From: Frankiales bacterium | GTDB lineage: Bacteria > Actinomycetota > Actinomycetes > Mycobacteriales > SCTD01 | Assembly: GCA_025465135.1 (NCBI GenBank) | Contig: JAODNA010000160.1 | Coordinates: forward strand, 1,495-65,494 | Direction: 5' to 3' | Length of the DNA stretch: 64,000 nucleotides | In this document: positions 52,990-64,000 of the stretch, piece by piece | Layout: each line of letters opens with the position of its first letter | Position numbering within the stretch: the first letter of the stretch is position 1 | Made by a program: the position numbers and the translations under genes | The notes under the pieces: model-generated | Told to the model about the DNA's origin: nothing | What the model saw: the letters and a program-made list of their open reading frames with translations, nothing else | Database searches by the model: none

Positions 52990-54225
52990 TCAGCGCGCTG
53001 TTCGCGCACCGACGCGTGCAGTCGCGGACGTCGATGCGAAGCGCTCCGCCTCGGTGAGGACGAGCAGCACGGCGCCCAGAGCTTCGGCACGCTCGCCGAG
53101 CTGACCCTGCACGACGGTGGCACTGCTTACCGCCGAGGCCAGGGCGTGCCGTCGAAGTCGCTCGCGCAGACTGGCGAGCACGAGCTCGCCCGCCGCGCCC
53201 AGCTCGCCGCCGAGCACCACGCGGTCGGGGTTGAGGATGTTGAGAACGGCCGCGAGAGCAACCCCGAGCGTCTCGCCGGCGTCCGCAAGCACCCGCGTGC
53301 AGGCGAGGTCTCCGTCCCTCGCGGCGGCGATGAGCTCCGGCACGGAGCTGATACCGGGCTGGCTGTGCGCGACCTGCGCGATGAGCGCACGCCGGCCTAC
53401 GTGCACGTCGACGCAGCCACGCGAGCCGCAGCGGCACACGAGCCCGTCCTCATCAACCGTGAAGTGACCGATCTCGCCGGCCGTCCCCGTGCTGCCGCGA
53501 AAGACGCGGCCGCCCAGGACCAGACCTGCACCGACACCGGTGGATGCCTTGACGTAGACCAGCGTCTTGGACTGGCGGCCTGCCCCCCATCGGGCCTCTG
53601 CCAGGGCTCCGAGGTTGGCGTCGTTGTCGACGACGACGGGCGCGCCGAGTCGTTCGGCGAACGCGCGCGCCGGGTCCTCGCGCATCCAGTCCGGAGGGAT
53701 CGTGGTGCTTGTCGAGTGGCCGGAGGTGTCCAACGGCGCGGGGAGTCCCAGGCCGATCCCGACGATCCCCGCACGATCGACACCCGCCGCGGCCACGACG
53801 TCACCGACGAGGCCCTCCACGGCGTCGAGCGCATCCGCGGCCCGCCAGGTGGCATCCATCTGGAGGGCTTGCTCAGCGAGGACCTCGTGCCCCAGATGGG
53901 CCAGGACGACGCGGGCGTGGCTGTGCCCCAGGTCGACGCCGACCGCGAGCCCGGCCTTCTTCGTGAGCAGCAGCAAGGTCGGCGGGCGGCCGCGCCCCGC
54001 GACCCCGGCGGTCCCTGCCTGCTCGTCGACCCACCCCTCGTCCTTGAGCTGCGCGACCGTCGCAGACACGGTGGCACGGGAGAGCCCGATGACGCCGCCG
54101 AGCTCCGCGCGGGTCAGGGGGCCGCGGGCCCGCAGCAGCGCCACGACCTGCCCGGCGGAACCGGACGCGGGCGGACACGCCTGGCGCCGTGAGCGCGAGG
54201 GTGACGTACGTCGGGGAGCAGCCAT
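52990..54225 (-). CDS. ROK-family transcriptional regulator (NagC/XylR type)
   Basis: ORF 52990-54252; ATG at 54225. N-terminal winged HTH (LTRAELGGVIGLSRATVSATVAQLKDEGWV). ROK sugar-kinase-like body with the zinc motif CRCGSRGCVD. Divergent from a sugar ABC operon. Confidence 0.85.
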   Translation of the reverse strand: MAAPRRTSPSRSRRQACPPASGSAGQVVALLRARGPLTRAELGGVIGLSRATVSATVAQLKDEGWVDEQAGTAGVAGRGRPPTLLLLTKKAGLAVGVDLGHSHARVVLAHLGHEVLAEQALQMDATWRAADALDAVEGLVGDVVAAAGVDRAGIVGIGLGLPAPLDTSGHSTSTTIPPDWMREDPARAFAERLGAPVVVDNDANLGALAEARWGAGRQSKTLVYVKASTGVGAGLVLGGRVFRGSTGTAGEIGHFTVDEDGLVCRCGSRGCVDVHVGRRALIAQVAHSQPGISSVPELIAAARDGDLACTRVLADAGETLGVALAAVLNILNPDRVVLGGELGAAGELVLASLRERLRRHALASAVSSATVVQGQLGERAEALGAVLLVLTEAERFASTSATARVGARTAR

Positions 54226-54394
54226 CGTGCACGTGACCCTGCGACTCCTCACTACTTTCTGTCAAGAACTCGGCACAATGTCGTATCTGAAGCGTCGATT
54301 TTTGTGTCAGCCTTGACGAATATGTGTGACGCGGGCCATTCTCCCGTGCAACAGCTCGTGACCACGGCGGCGCGGGCCCGTTGAGAGGACGACC
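54226..54394. promoter_or_regulatory. Divergent promoter/operator region between the ROK regulator and the sugar ABC operon
   Basis: This is the most AT-rich stretch of the window. It contains TTGACG (about 54313-54318), a -35-like hexamer, and repeated TGTCA/TGAC half-sites (TGTCAAG ~54260, TGTCAGCCTTGACG ~54304-54317). Confidence 0.4.
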
Positions 54395-55525
54395 GTGGAA
54401 TCACGTGTACGGATGACAGGCGGAGCTCTCCTCGCGCTGGCCGGCCTGGCGGCGCTCAGCGCCTGTGGCGGCTCGAGCAGCGGGAGCACCTCGAGCGCGG
54501 GGAGCACCTCGAGCCCTGCGGCAACCGCGAGCAACAAGGTGCAGGTCGGGGTGATCCTGCCCGACACCACCTCCTCGGCGAGGTACACGCAGTACGACGC
54601 TCCGCTGCTCACCAAGGCCTTCGAAGCCGCAGGCGTCAAGGCCGACGTGCAGAACGCACAGGGCGACAACGCCAAGTTCGTCTCCATCGCGCAGTCGATG
54701 ATCTCGGAGGGCGTGAAGGTCCTGCTGATCGACCCGGCAGACCCGCAGACGGGCATCAGCGTCGAGACGTCGGCGAAGAGCGCGGGCATCCAGGTCATCG
54801 ACTACGACCGGGTCAACCTCGGCGGCTCTGCGGGCTACTACGTCTCCTTCGACAACCCCTCTGTCGGCAAGCTGCAGGGCCAGGGGCTGCTCGACTGCCT
54901 CAAGGGCAAGCCGGGCGCGCAGGTCATCATGCTCAACGGCGGAACCGACATCGACAACAACGCGGTGCAGTTCAAGGCCGGCGCGCATGAGGTGCTCGAC
55001 CCCGCGGCGAAGGCCGGCACCATCAAGATCGCCCAGGAGGTCGACGTCAGCAAGTGGGACAACACCACGGCGGCGACCGACATGCAGCAGCTGCTGACGA
55101 AGAACGGCGGCAAGGTCGACGGCGTGCTGGCGGCCAACGACGGCATCGGCGGCGCTGCCATCGGCGTCCTCAAGGCCAAGAACCTCAAGGTGCCCGTGAC
55201 CGGCCAGGACGCCAGCATCCAGGGGCTGCAGTACGTCCTGACCGGCGACCAGTGCATGACGGTCTTCAAGGACGTCAGCAAGGAGGCCGACGCGGCCTCG
55301 AAGCTGGCGATCGCGCTGGTCAAGGGCGACACCGCTACGGCGACGTCGCTCGCCTCGCAGAAGCTGCACGACTCGAAGGGCAACCGCGACATCCCCTACG
55401 TCCTGCTCGTGCCCGAGGCGATCACGAAGGCGAACATCAAGGACGTCGTCACGGCAGGAGCAGTCACGGCGGCGGATCTCTGCAAGGGTGTCGAGGCGGC
55501 CTGCAAGGCCGCCGGCATCAGCTAG
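54395..55525 (+). CDS. Sugar ABC transporter substrate-binding lipoprotein (CUT2, xylose/ribose-binding-protein-like)
   Basis: 376-aa ORF with a GTG start. Lipobox LAALSAC-GGSSSG, then a Ser/Gly/Thr linker. Periplasmic-binding-protein type I pattern (VGVILPDTTSSARY, LIDPAD, VIDYDR). Confidence 0.85.
   Translation: MESRVRMTGGALLALAGLAALSACGGSSSGSTSSAGSTSSPAATASNKVQVGVILPDTTSSARYTQYDAPLLTKAFEAAGVKADVQNAQGDNAKFVSIAQSMISEGVKVLLIDPADPQTGISVETSAKSAGIQVIDYDRVNLGGSAGYYVSFDNPSVGKLQGQGLLDCLKGKPGAQVIMLNGGTDIDNNAVQFKAGAHEVLDPAAKAGTIKIAQEVDVSKWDNTTAATDMQQLLTKNGGKVDGVLAANDGIGGAAIGVLKAKNLKVPVTGQDASIQGLQYVLTGDQCMTVFKDVSKEADAASKLAIALVKGDTATATSLASQKLHDSKGNRDIPYVLLVPEAITKANIKDVVTAGAVTAADLCKGVEAACKAAGIS
54479..54514 (+). 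repeat. 18-nt tandem duplication (2 copies) inside the lipoprotein linker
   Basis: GGGAGCACCTCGAGC occurs at 54482-54496 and again at 54500-54514, an 18-nt period. It encodes SGSTSS/AGSTSS. Confidence 0.7.
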
Positions 55526-55593
55526 CTGCTCTCGCGAGCCGGGGGTGCTGTCCGACGCGCCCCCGGCTCGCGCCTGAAGTGGTGGGAGTTCGC

Positions 55594-56370
55594 GTGACCG
55601 ATCCGATCCTCCGCGTCGAGGGCTTGAACAAGAGCTTCGGCGCGGTGCACGTCCTCCACGACGTCGACTTCGCCGTCTACCCGGGAGAGGTCACCGCTCT
55701 CGTCGGCGACAACGGCGCCGGCAAGTCGACGCTGGTGAAGTGCATCGCCGGCATCAACACGCTCGACACGGGCCAGATCTACTGGCAGGGCGAGCCCGTG
55801 ACCATCGCCTCACCCTCGGTGGCCTCCGCGCTCGGCATCGAGTTCGTCTACCAGGACCTCGCCCTGGCCGACAACCTCGACATCACGCAGAACATGTTCC
55901 TCGGCCGGGAGATCCGTCGCGGGCCGTTCCTGCGCGACGCCGAGATGGAGACCAAGGCCCGCGAGAGCTTGATCTCGCTGGCGGTGCGGACCATCAACTC
56001 GGTGCGCCAGCCGGTGGCGAGCCTCTCCGGCGGTCAGCGTCAGACGGTCGCGATCGCCCGTGCCGTCCTGTGGAACGGCAAGGTCGTCTTCCTCGATGAG
56101 CCGACGGCCGCGCTGGGCGTCGCCCAGACACGTCAGGTCCTCAACCTCGTGCGGCGGCTGGCCGACACCGGGATCGGGGTCGTGCTGATCTCGCACAACA
56201 TGAACGACGTCATGGAGGTCGCCGACCGCATCGACGCCTTGTACCTCGGCCGCGTGGCCGCGGAAGTCCTCAAGAAGGACACGTCGACGAGCCAGGTCGT
56301 GGAGCTGATCACCTCCGGCCGGAGCGGTTCTCTCGGCCTGTCGGCCACCACCGCTGCGCAAAGCGCGTAA
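55594..56370 (+). CDS. Sugar ABC transporter ATP-binding protein (single-NBD type)
   Basis: ORF 55054-56370; in-frame GTG at 55594. Walker A GDNGAGKST, signature LSGGQRQTVAIARA, Walker B VVFLDEPTAAL, H-loop ISHN. Confidence 0.9.
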   Translation: MTDPILRVEGLNKSFGAVHVLHDVDFAVYPGEVTALVGDNGAGKSTLVKCIAGINTLDTGQIYWQGEPVTIASPSVASALGIEFVYQDLALADNLDITQNMFLGREIRRGPFLRDAEMETKARESLISLAVRTINSVRQPVASLSGGQRQTVAIARAVLWNGKVVFLDEPTAALGVAQTRQVLNLVRRLADTGIGVVLISHNMNDVMEVADRIDALYLGRVAAEVLKKDTSTSQVVELITSGRSGSLGLSATTAAQSA

Positions 56371-56378
56371 GAAGCACC

Positions 56379-57803
56379 ATGACCACCGATACGTCGGACC
56401 TGGCGGACAGCGGAACCGACGACCCCCGCGCCAGCTTCCGCATCGACACACTGCCGCGCGGGCTGCGAACGTCCGTCCAGGACTGGGCCGTCAGGGTTCG
56501 CCGCGGTGACCCTGGTGGCCTGCCCGCCATCCTGGGACTGCTCGTCATCGGCGTGCTGTTCAGCGCGACGACGCCGCTGTTCCTGACGGCGAACAACATC
56601 GGCAACCTGCTCTCGCAGGCCTCGTTCATCGCCCTGATCGCGCTGGGCCTGACCTTCGTCCTGATCCTGGGTGACATCGACCTGTCAGCCGGCGTGACGG
56701 GCGGGGTCGCAGCCGGCTTCGCGGCGCAGTCGCTTCGCTCGGGCGACCTGCACGCCGCGGTCGGCAGCGGGGTCTACGTCGCGCTGCTCCTCGGGATGCT
56801 GCTCGCCGCCGGGCTGGCCCTCTGGAAGAAGCTGTACGTCGTCGCAGGACTCGTGCTCGCCGGCGTCGGCCTGCTGCTGACCGGTGCCAGCGAGACGCAC
56901 GTGTGGTTGGCCTTCGCTCTCGCCGTGTGCATCGGCATCGCGATCGGCGTGTTCAACGGGGTGCTCGTCACCAGCCTGGGCATCCCCTCGTTCATCGTCA
57001 CGCTGGCCCTGTTCCTGACCTGGGAGGGCGTGACCCTCGACGCGGTGAAGAGCACGTCCATCGGCACCAGCAGGTACGAAGCCTGGTTCGCGATGACGCA
57101 CCGGAACATGTCGCCTGCTCTGGGATGGGTGAGCCTCGCTGTCCTCGTCGGCGGCTACGCAGCAACCGCCTTCCTCCGGCAGCGCCAGCGGGCACGGGCG
57201 GGTGTCTCGTTCGATCGCCTCGCGCTCACCTCGCTGCGGGTGGCGGTGCTCGCCGTCGGGGGTGGGCTGGCCGTGTGGTGGTTCAACCAGAACCGGAACC
57301 CCAACCCCGGGCCGGCCATCAAGGGCGTGCCTTGGGCGGCGAGCGTGCCCATCGCCTTCATGGTGGTGTTCGCGATCGTGCTGACCCGCACGTCCTGGGG
57401 TCGCCACCTGTACTCGATCGGCGGCAGCAAGGAGGCCGCGTCACGATCGGGCATCGCCGTCAACCGGGTGCGCATCGGGGCGTTCGTCATCTGCTCGGGC
57501 ATGGCCGCCGTCGGCGGGCTGTTCCTCGCCGACTTCAGCGGCGGTGCGCAGCCTGCTCTGGGGCAGGGCAACACCCTGCTGTACGCCGTTGCGGCGGCGG
57601 TCATCGGCGGGACGTCCCTGTTCGGCGGCCGGGGCCGGCCACGCGATGCTCTCCTGGGCGCGATCGTCATCGCGATGATCCCCAACGGCATCCAGCTGCA
57701 CCCCGGGCTGCCGATCAGCGTCGTCCAGGAGATCACCGGACTCGTCCTGCTCATCGCGGCGTCGGTCGACGCCATCAGCCGAAGGCGCGCGCGCAGCGGC
57801 TAG
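56379..57803 (+). CDS. Sugar ABC transporter permease (CUT2, XylH/RbsC-like) with extended N-terminus
   Basis: 474-aa ORF with multiple TM spans. BPD_transp_2-like pattern (GDIDLSAGV, GGTSLFGGRG). Confidence 0.85.
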   Translation: MTTDTSDLADSGTDDPRASFRIDTLPRGLRTSVQDWAVRVRRGDPGGLPAILGLLVIGVLFSATTPLFLTANNIGNLLSQASFIALIALGLTFVLILGDIDLSAGVTGGVAAGFAAQSLRSGDLHAAVGSGVYVALLLGMLLAAGLALWKKLYVVAGLVLAGVGLLLTGASETHVWLAFALAVCIGIAIGVFNGVLVTSLGIPSFIVTLALFLTWEGVTLDAVKSTSIGTSRYEAWFAMTHRNMSPALGWVSLAVLVGGYAATAFLRQRQRARAGVSFDRLALTSLRVAVLAVGGGLAVWWFNQNRNPNPGPAIKGVPWAASVPIAFMVVFAIVLTRTSWGRHLYSIGGSKEAASRSGIAVNRVRIGAFVICSGMAAVGGLFLADFSGGAQPALGQGNTLLYAVAAAVIGGTSLFGGRGRPRDALLGAIVIAMIPNGIQLHPGLPISVVQEITGLVLLIAASVDAISRRRARSG

Positions 57804-58432
57804 TCCTGAACCGAGAGCCCGTGCGCGTTCCACGACACGGCGCGAAGATCCTGCACGAGGGCGTCGGGCGACGCGCCCCGGGCACGCTCCCCGACACCGA
57901 GAACCGCCTTCACGAGTGCCGCACGTGCGGCGCCGATGCCGTCCGGGCTGTCCTCGACCACGATCGCCTCCCCTGCCGAGGCACCGAGACGCGCAGCGGC
58001 CGCGAGGTAGCCCTCCGGGTCCGGCTTTCCCTGCCGCACGTCGTCGGCAGTGACGATGACGTCGGGTATCGGGAGACCTGTGGCCGCGAGGCGGGCGAGG
58101 GCCAGCTCACGGCGGCCGGAGGTCACGACGGCCCAAGCGCCACGGGGACAGGACAGGAGCAGGTCTCGCGCCCCCGGGAGGGGTTCGACGCTCTGCGCCG
58201 CCTCCAGCTCGTAGCGGTCGATGAGTGCGAGGGCGGTCTCGCGCTCCGCCTCGCCGATGAACCTCGCGACCGTGTCTGCCGACCGACGACCGTGAACGAC
58301 GGCCATCACGTCGGCAGCCGTGAGGCCGTGCTCCTCCGCCCAACGAGACCAGGCCGCGATCACGGCGCCGTCGGAGTCGACGAGCACCCCATCGCAGTCG
58401 AACAGCACGACCCGGCCGATGAGCTGCGTCAT
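57800..58432 (-). CDS. HAD-superfamily hydrolase (phosphatase / beta-phosphoglucomutase-like subfamily IA)
   Basis: ORF 57800-58546; the ATG at 58432 gives 210 aa. Motif I VLFDCDGVLVDS; motif III/IV region GKPDPEGY ... VVEDSPDG. Confidence 0.85.
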   Translation of the reverse strand: MTQLIGRVVLFDCDGVLVDSDGAVIAAWSRWAEEHGLTAADVMAVVHGRRSADTVARFIGEAERETALALIDRYELEAAQSVEPLPGARDLLLSCPRGAWAVVTSGRRELALARLAATGLPIPDVIVTADDVRQGKPDPEGYLAAAARLGASAGEAIVVEDSPDGIGAARAALVKAVLGVGERARGASPDALVQDLRAVSWNAHGLSVQD

Positions 58433-58466
58433 GGGTGGACCGGCGTCGTCAGCGGGACACGCGGAT

Positions 58467-59453
58467 TCATGGCGCCTCCGCATGGTGCACACCGAGCTGA
58501 TCGGCGGCCTGCTGCAGCACCTGCTGGACGGCGAGGGTGTCGTCAAGCGGCATCACCGCGCTCTCCGTCCGCCCCGCCCGCAGGCACTCGTTGACCTCGA
58601 TGAGCTGGTGGGCATAGCCGGCACCGAGCTGTGCGCGGACGATGGTCTCGGGCTGGCTGTCGCTGCGGTGCAGGACGATCGTGCGCGGGTGATGGAACCT
58701 CGGCAGGACGTCGATCCAACCGGTTGCGCCGAAGACCCGCGCCTGTCCCGGCAGCGCGTTGCGCAGCGAGGTCGTCAACACCGCGGACCGGCCGTCGGCG
58801 TACCCCAGCAGGAGCGCGGCCTCGGCATCCACACCGGTCGGGAACAGGGAGCCCACGGCCGTGACCGAACCCGGCGTACCCAGGATCATCTGCGCGAACG
58901 AGACGACGTAGACCCCGAGGTCGAGCAGCGCGCCGCCGCCCAGCTCCAGGGCGAACAGCCTGTCCTGAGCATCGAACACGCGCTGCACACCGAGGTCGGC
59001 CTGCACCGAGCGGACCTCGCCGATCGCACCGTCCGCGATGAGCTCCTGCATGCGGAGGACGGCGGGCTGGAAGCGCGTCCACATGGCCTCCATGACGAAC
59101 ACGTCCCTCGACCGGGCCAGCTCGATGACCGCAGCCGCACCCGCACTCGTCGCGGTGAACGCCTTCTCCACCAGCAGCGCCTTGCCGGCAAGGACTGCCG
59201 CCCGGGCGATGGACGCGTGCTGCGGGTGCGGAGTCGCGACATACACGACGTCGACGTCAGGGTCGGCCAGCAGCTCGGAGTAGCTGCCGTAGGCCCGGTC
59301 CACCCCGTGGCGGTCGGCGAACGCCCGGGCGCGCTCCAGCGAGCGGGAGCCCACGGCCGTCACGCGCGCACCGTCCACCACGGCGAAGTCCTCGACCAGC
59401 TTCTCCGCGATCCGTCCCGGACCCGCGATCCCCCACCTGATGTCCCTCGTCAT
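58467..59453 (-). CDS. Gfo/Idh/MocA-family NAD(P)-dependent oxidoreductase
   Basis: 328-aa ORF with N-terminal IRWGIAGPGRIAEK (Rossmann), a VLVEKAF motif, and typical length. Confidence 0.85.
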   Translation of the reverse strand: MTRDIRWGIAGPGRIAEKLVEDFAVVDGARVTAVGSRSLERARAFADRHGVDRAYGSYSELLADPDVDVVYVATPHPQHASIARAAVLAGKALLVEKAFTATSAGAAAVIELARSRDVFVMEAMWTRFQPAVLRMQELIADGAIGEVRSVQADLGVQRVFDAQDRLFALELGGGALLDLGVYVVSFAQMILGTPGSVTAVGSLFPTGVDAEAALLLGYADGRSAVLTTSLRNALPGQARVFGATGWIDVLPRFHHPRTIVLHRSDSQPETIVRAQLGAGYAHQLIEVNECLRAGRTESAVMPLDDTLAVQQVLQQAADQLGVHHAEAP

Positions 59454-59475
59454 GCGTCCGACGCTACGTGCGACA

Positions 59476-62172
<2,697 letters not shown>

Positions 62173-62200
62173 ACGTCCATACTGTCGCGTGAGGTGCCGG

Positions 62201-62674
62201 CTAGGCGACCTGATCCACCGAAGCGCCACCTGCCGAGCGGAGCATCGCCGCGGCCGGCAGATGGGCTTGCGCCAGCAGGGGCGACGAGATCATGAAGTCC
62301 GCGGTCGCACGGTTGCAGGCGACCGGGATGTTGCAGACCACCGCCACCCGCAGCAAGGCCTTCACATCCGGGTCGTGCGGGTGCGGCTCGAGCGGGTCCC
62401 AGAAGAAGACCAGGACGTCGATCTCGCCCTCGGCGATGCGCGCGCCGATCTGCTGGTCGCCGCCGTAGGGGCCGCTCCGAAAGCACGTGACCGCGAGCCC
62501 GAGCTCGTCCTGCAGGAGGCGACCCGTCGTAGCCGTCGCGAACAGCTCGTGCTCGGTGAGCCGTTGCCGGTTGAACCGCGCCCACTCCCGCATGTCCTTC
62601 TTCTTGTTGTCGTGCGCGATCAAGGCGATGCGCCGACATGTCGGGTCTGTGCGGCCATCCGGTGTCTGGTTCAT
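62201..62674 (-). CDS. mgsA: Methylglyoxal synthase
   Basis: ORF 62201-62698; the ATG at 62674 gives 157 aa. Motifs IALIAHDNKKKDM, ATATTG, GPYGGDQQIG and DPLEPHPHDPDV. Confidence 0.9.
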   Translation of the reverse strand: MNQTPDGRTDPTCRRIALIAHDNKKKDMREWARFNRQRLTEHELFATATTGRLLQDELGLAVTCFRSGPYGGDQQIGARIAEGEIDVLVFFWDPLEPHPHDPDVKALLRVAVVCNIPVACNRATADFMISSPLLAQAHLPAAAMLRSAGGASVDQVA

Positions 62675-62749
62675 GAGCTCATCGTCGGCTCCGCACATGA
62701 ACAGCGCATTGCGACGGCATTGAGACTTGCTGTGTCTCGCGAAGGCCGC

Positions 62750-63289
62750 TCAGACCACGCGGCTCACATGCAGCTGATGTGCCAAGGTCGCCCGCCACTC
62801 CGCAAGGGCCTCGTTGTGGTTCGCGAGTGCGGCGTCGAGGAGCTCCAGGTCTGCGGGGGAAGCACCGAGCAGCAGGCCCGTCAACCGCAGGGAGGTGCGC
62901 TCGACCGGCAGGCCTGGGCGCACGTAGTGGCGCGTGCCCAGCGTGCGGTTCGGCCGTCGGTCCCGTTGCATCCGTCGGCGTAGAGCGACGGACCCGCGCC
63001 GACCGGCGCTGAGTGCGTAGGCGACGGTGACCGCCTGCGCGCCCGGGTCCTCGGTGTCAGCCTCGAGCTGCAACGCCAGCGAGGTCAGGCGCACGCACGC
63101 CAGCACCTCGTGCCAGATCCCGCGGCTGCGCGGGTCACTTCGCTCATGCCGTCCGACCGCGAGGAGCAGCTCGTCGTAGAACGCACGCGAGGTGGTCATG
63201 CCAGGGCCGCTGCGCGTCGTGTCAGGTACGACGACGAGCAGGTCGTTGTGCAGGTCGAGGTACGGCGGGTGGGCAGACGTCGCGGTCAT
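62750..63289 (-). CDS. Hypothetical protein
   Basis: ORF 62750-63646; the internal ATG at 63289 gives 179 aa. It shows strong coding-type GC3 bias, but I recognise no family motif. Confidence 0.45.
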   Translation of the reverse strand: MTATSAHPPYLDLHNDLLVVVPDTTRSGPGMTTSRAFYDELLLAVGRHERSDPRSRGIWHEVLACVRLTSLALQLEADTEDPGAQAVTVAYALSAGRRGSVALRRRMQRDRRPNRTLGTRHYVRPGLPVERTSLRLTGLLLGASPADLELLDAALANHNEALAEWRATLAHQLHVSRVV

Positions 63290-63384
63290 CTCAGCTCCCG
63301 GTGTTGGGCTTGCTGCCACGATCGCGCTTCGGTCTGGCACTGGCCTGGGTGGCGCCTGTGAGGTTGCCGGAAGCCGTGGCCGCG

Positions 63385-64000
63385 TCAGAGCAGCTGGCTC
63401 TTGCGCAGCCGCTGACCCAGCCACAGCCCTACGGGCAGGGGCAACCAGAACGTCACGGCCTGGAACATCACCACGGCGACCAGCGCCGACGCGGAGCTGT
63501 AACCAGCGAGGACGAGGGCAGCGATGAGTGCCAGCTCCGTGACAGCGAAGAAGGAGGGCAGCGGTGTCGCGCCTCCCGCAGCTGCTGCGACGAGGTAGAT
63601 AGTGATCAGCGCTCCCGTCGGCAGCGGGTGGGCCGCCTGTCCCCATACGTCGACGGCCAGGACGAACCCCGCACTCATCGCGACGGTGGTGGCCGTGGAC
63701 GCCAGGGCGGCGGTTCCGAGCCGGCGTGGCCGGCTCACGAGCGCGCGGGCATGGCTGATCGCCTGCCGTGCCCCGGCGGCAAGGCCGGCCCGGCCGGCGC
63801 GCCGACCGCGCGCGAGGACGACTGCCGAGATCAGGACAGCCGCGGTGGCGATCAGAGCGAGGTGCTGCTGCCCGACCCGTACACCCCCGGCGGTGAGGCT
63901 GCTCAGCTCCCGGGCCGCCCCGGTCAACCCGATCGCCGGGCCGACCGCAGTCAGGGCAGCGGCGTACCCGGCGTCCGTCGCTCCGCCGAGCAGCGCGAGA
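63385..64000 (-). CDS. Integral membrane protein, C-terminal part (LPG_synthase_TM / flippase-like UPF0104 pattern); 5' end outside the window
   Basis: The ORF track shows 63385-63927, but the frame probably continues past 64000. It has hydrophobic spans and the terminal pattern GGATPLPSFFAVTELALIAALVLAGY...AVVMFQAVTFWLPLPVG. Confidence 0.55.
   Translation of the reverse strand, partial: LALLGGATDAGYAAALTAVGPAIGLTGAARELSSLTAGGVRVGQQHLALIATAAVLISAVVLARGRRAGRAGLAAGARQAISHARALVSRPRRLGTAALASTATTVAMSAGFVLAVDVWGQAAHPLPTGALITIYLVAAAAGGATPLPSFFAVTELALIAALVLAGYSSASALVAVVMFQAVTFWLPLPVGLWLGQRLRKSQLL

Noticed and set aside
55594-56370. The single-NBD sugar ABC ATPase as a truncated pseudogene of a duplicated XylG/RbsA-type ATPase
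   Set aside because: All motifs (Walker A/B, signature, H-loop) are intact in one complete domain, and the next gene starts 8 nt after its stop. Single-NBD CUT2 ATPases (FrcA-like) are known.

Overview
This is a very GC-rich, actinobacterial-type chromosomal segment; G or C occupies almost every third codon position, and many start/stop codons overlap as ATGA or GTGA. It is gene-dense. I call 56 protein-coding genes, one strong terminator-like hairpin, one short tandem repeat and two candidate regulatory sites. By eye I found no rRNA, tRNA, CRISPR array, transposase, integrase, phage gene or recognisable defence gene. About 50 kb (17-51901) is a catabolic super-cluster. It holds six acyl-CoA dehydrogenase (ACAD) genes arranged as three adjacent pairs, and two paralogous ADP-forming (NDP-forming) acyl-CoA synthetases plus two AMP-forming ligases. 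It also holds three crotonases, a MaoC hydratase, a DUF35/SCP-x-type thiolase pair, three paralogous cytochrome P450s (one fused to a ferredoxin domain) and a separate 2Fe-2S ferredoxin/ferredoxin-reductase pair. The remaining members are homogentisate 1,2-dioxygenase (hmgA), fumarylacetoacetase (fahA), a Liv-type ABC importer and a single unusual regulator. The housekeeping gene leuB sits inside this region. The right end carries a ROK-regulated sugar ABC transporter and the core genes ppc and mgsA. Three candidates deserve follow-up most. (1) A P450 is translationally coupled to hmgA-fahA and sits downstream of a pseudo-receiver/winged-helix/GAF regulator; this may be a bacterial P450 route into homogentisate. 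(2) An operon encodes an amidohydrolase_2 protein, Fdx, FdR, a P450-[3Fe-4S]Fdx fusion, a cupin and a tandem NTF2-like protein. (3) An operon encodes a cysteine-less AbfD/HpaB-like enzyme with a heteromeric-type ACAD pair, a SnoaL-like protein and a VOC protein. All functional calls rest on motifs recognised by eye in the supplied ORF translations; no database search was possible. Start codons were refined by frame arithmetic and local reading, and may be off by one alternative start. None of these candidates is demonstrated to be a new system.
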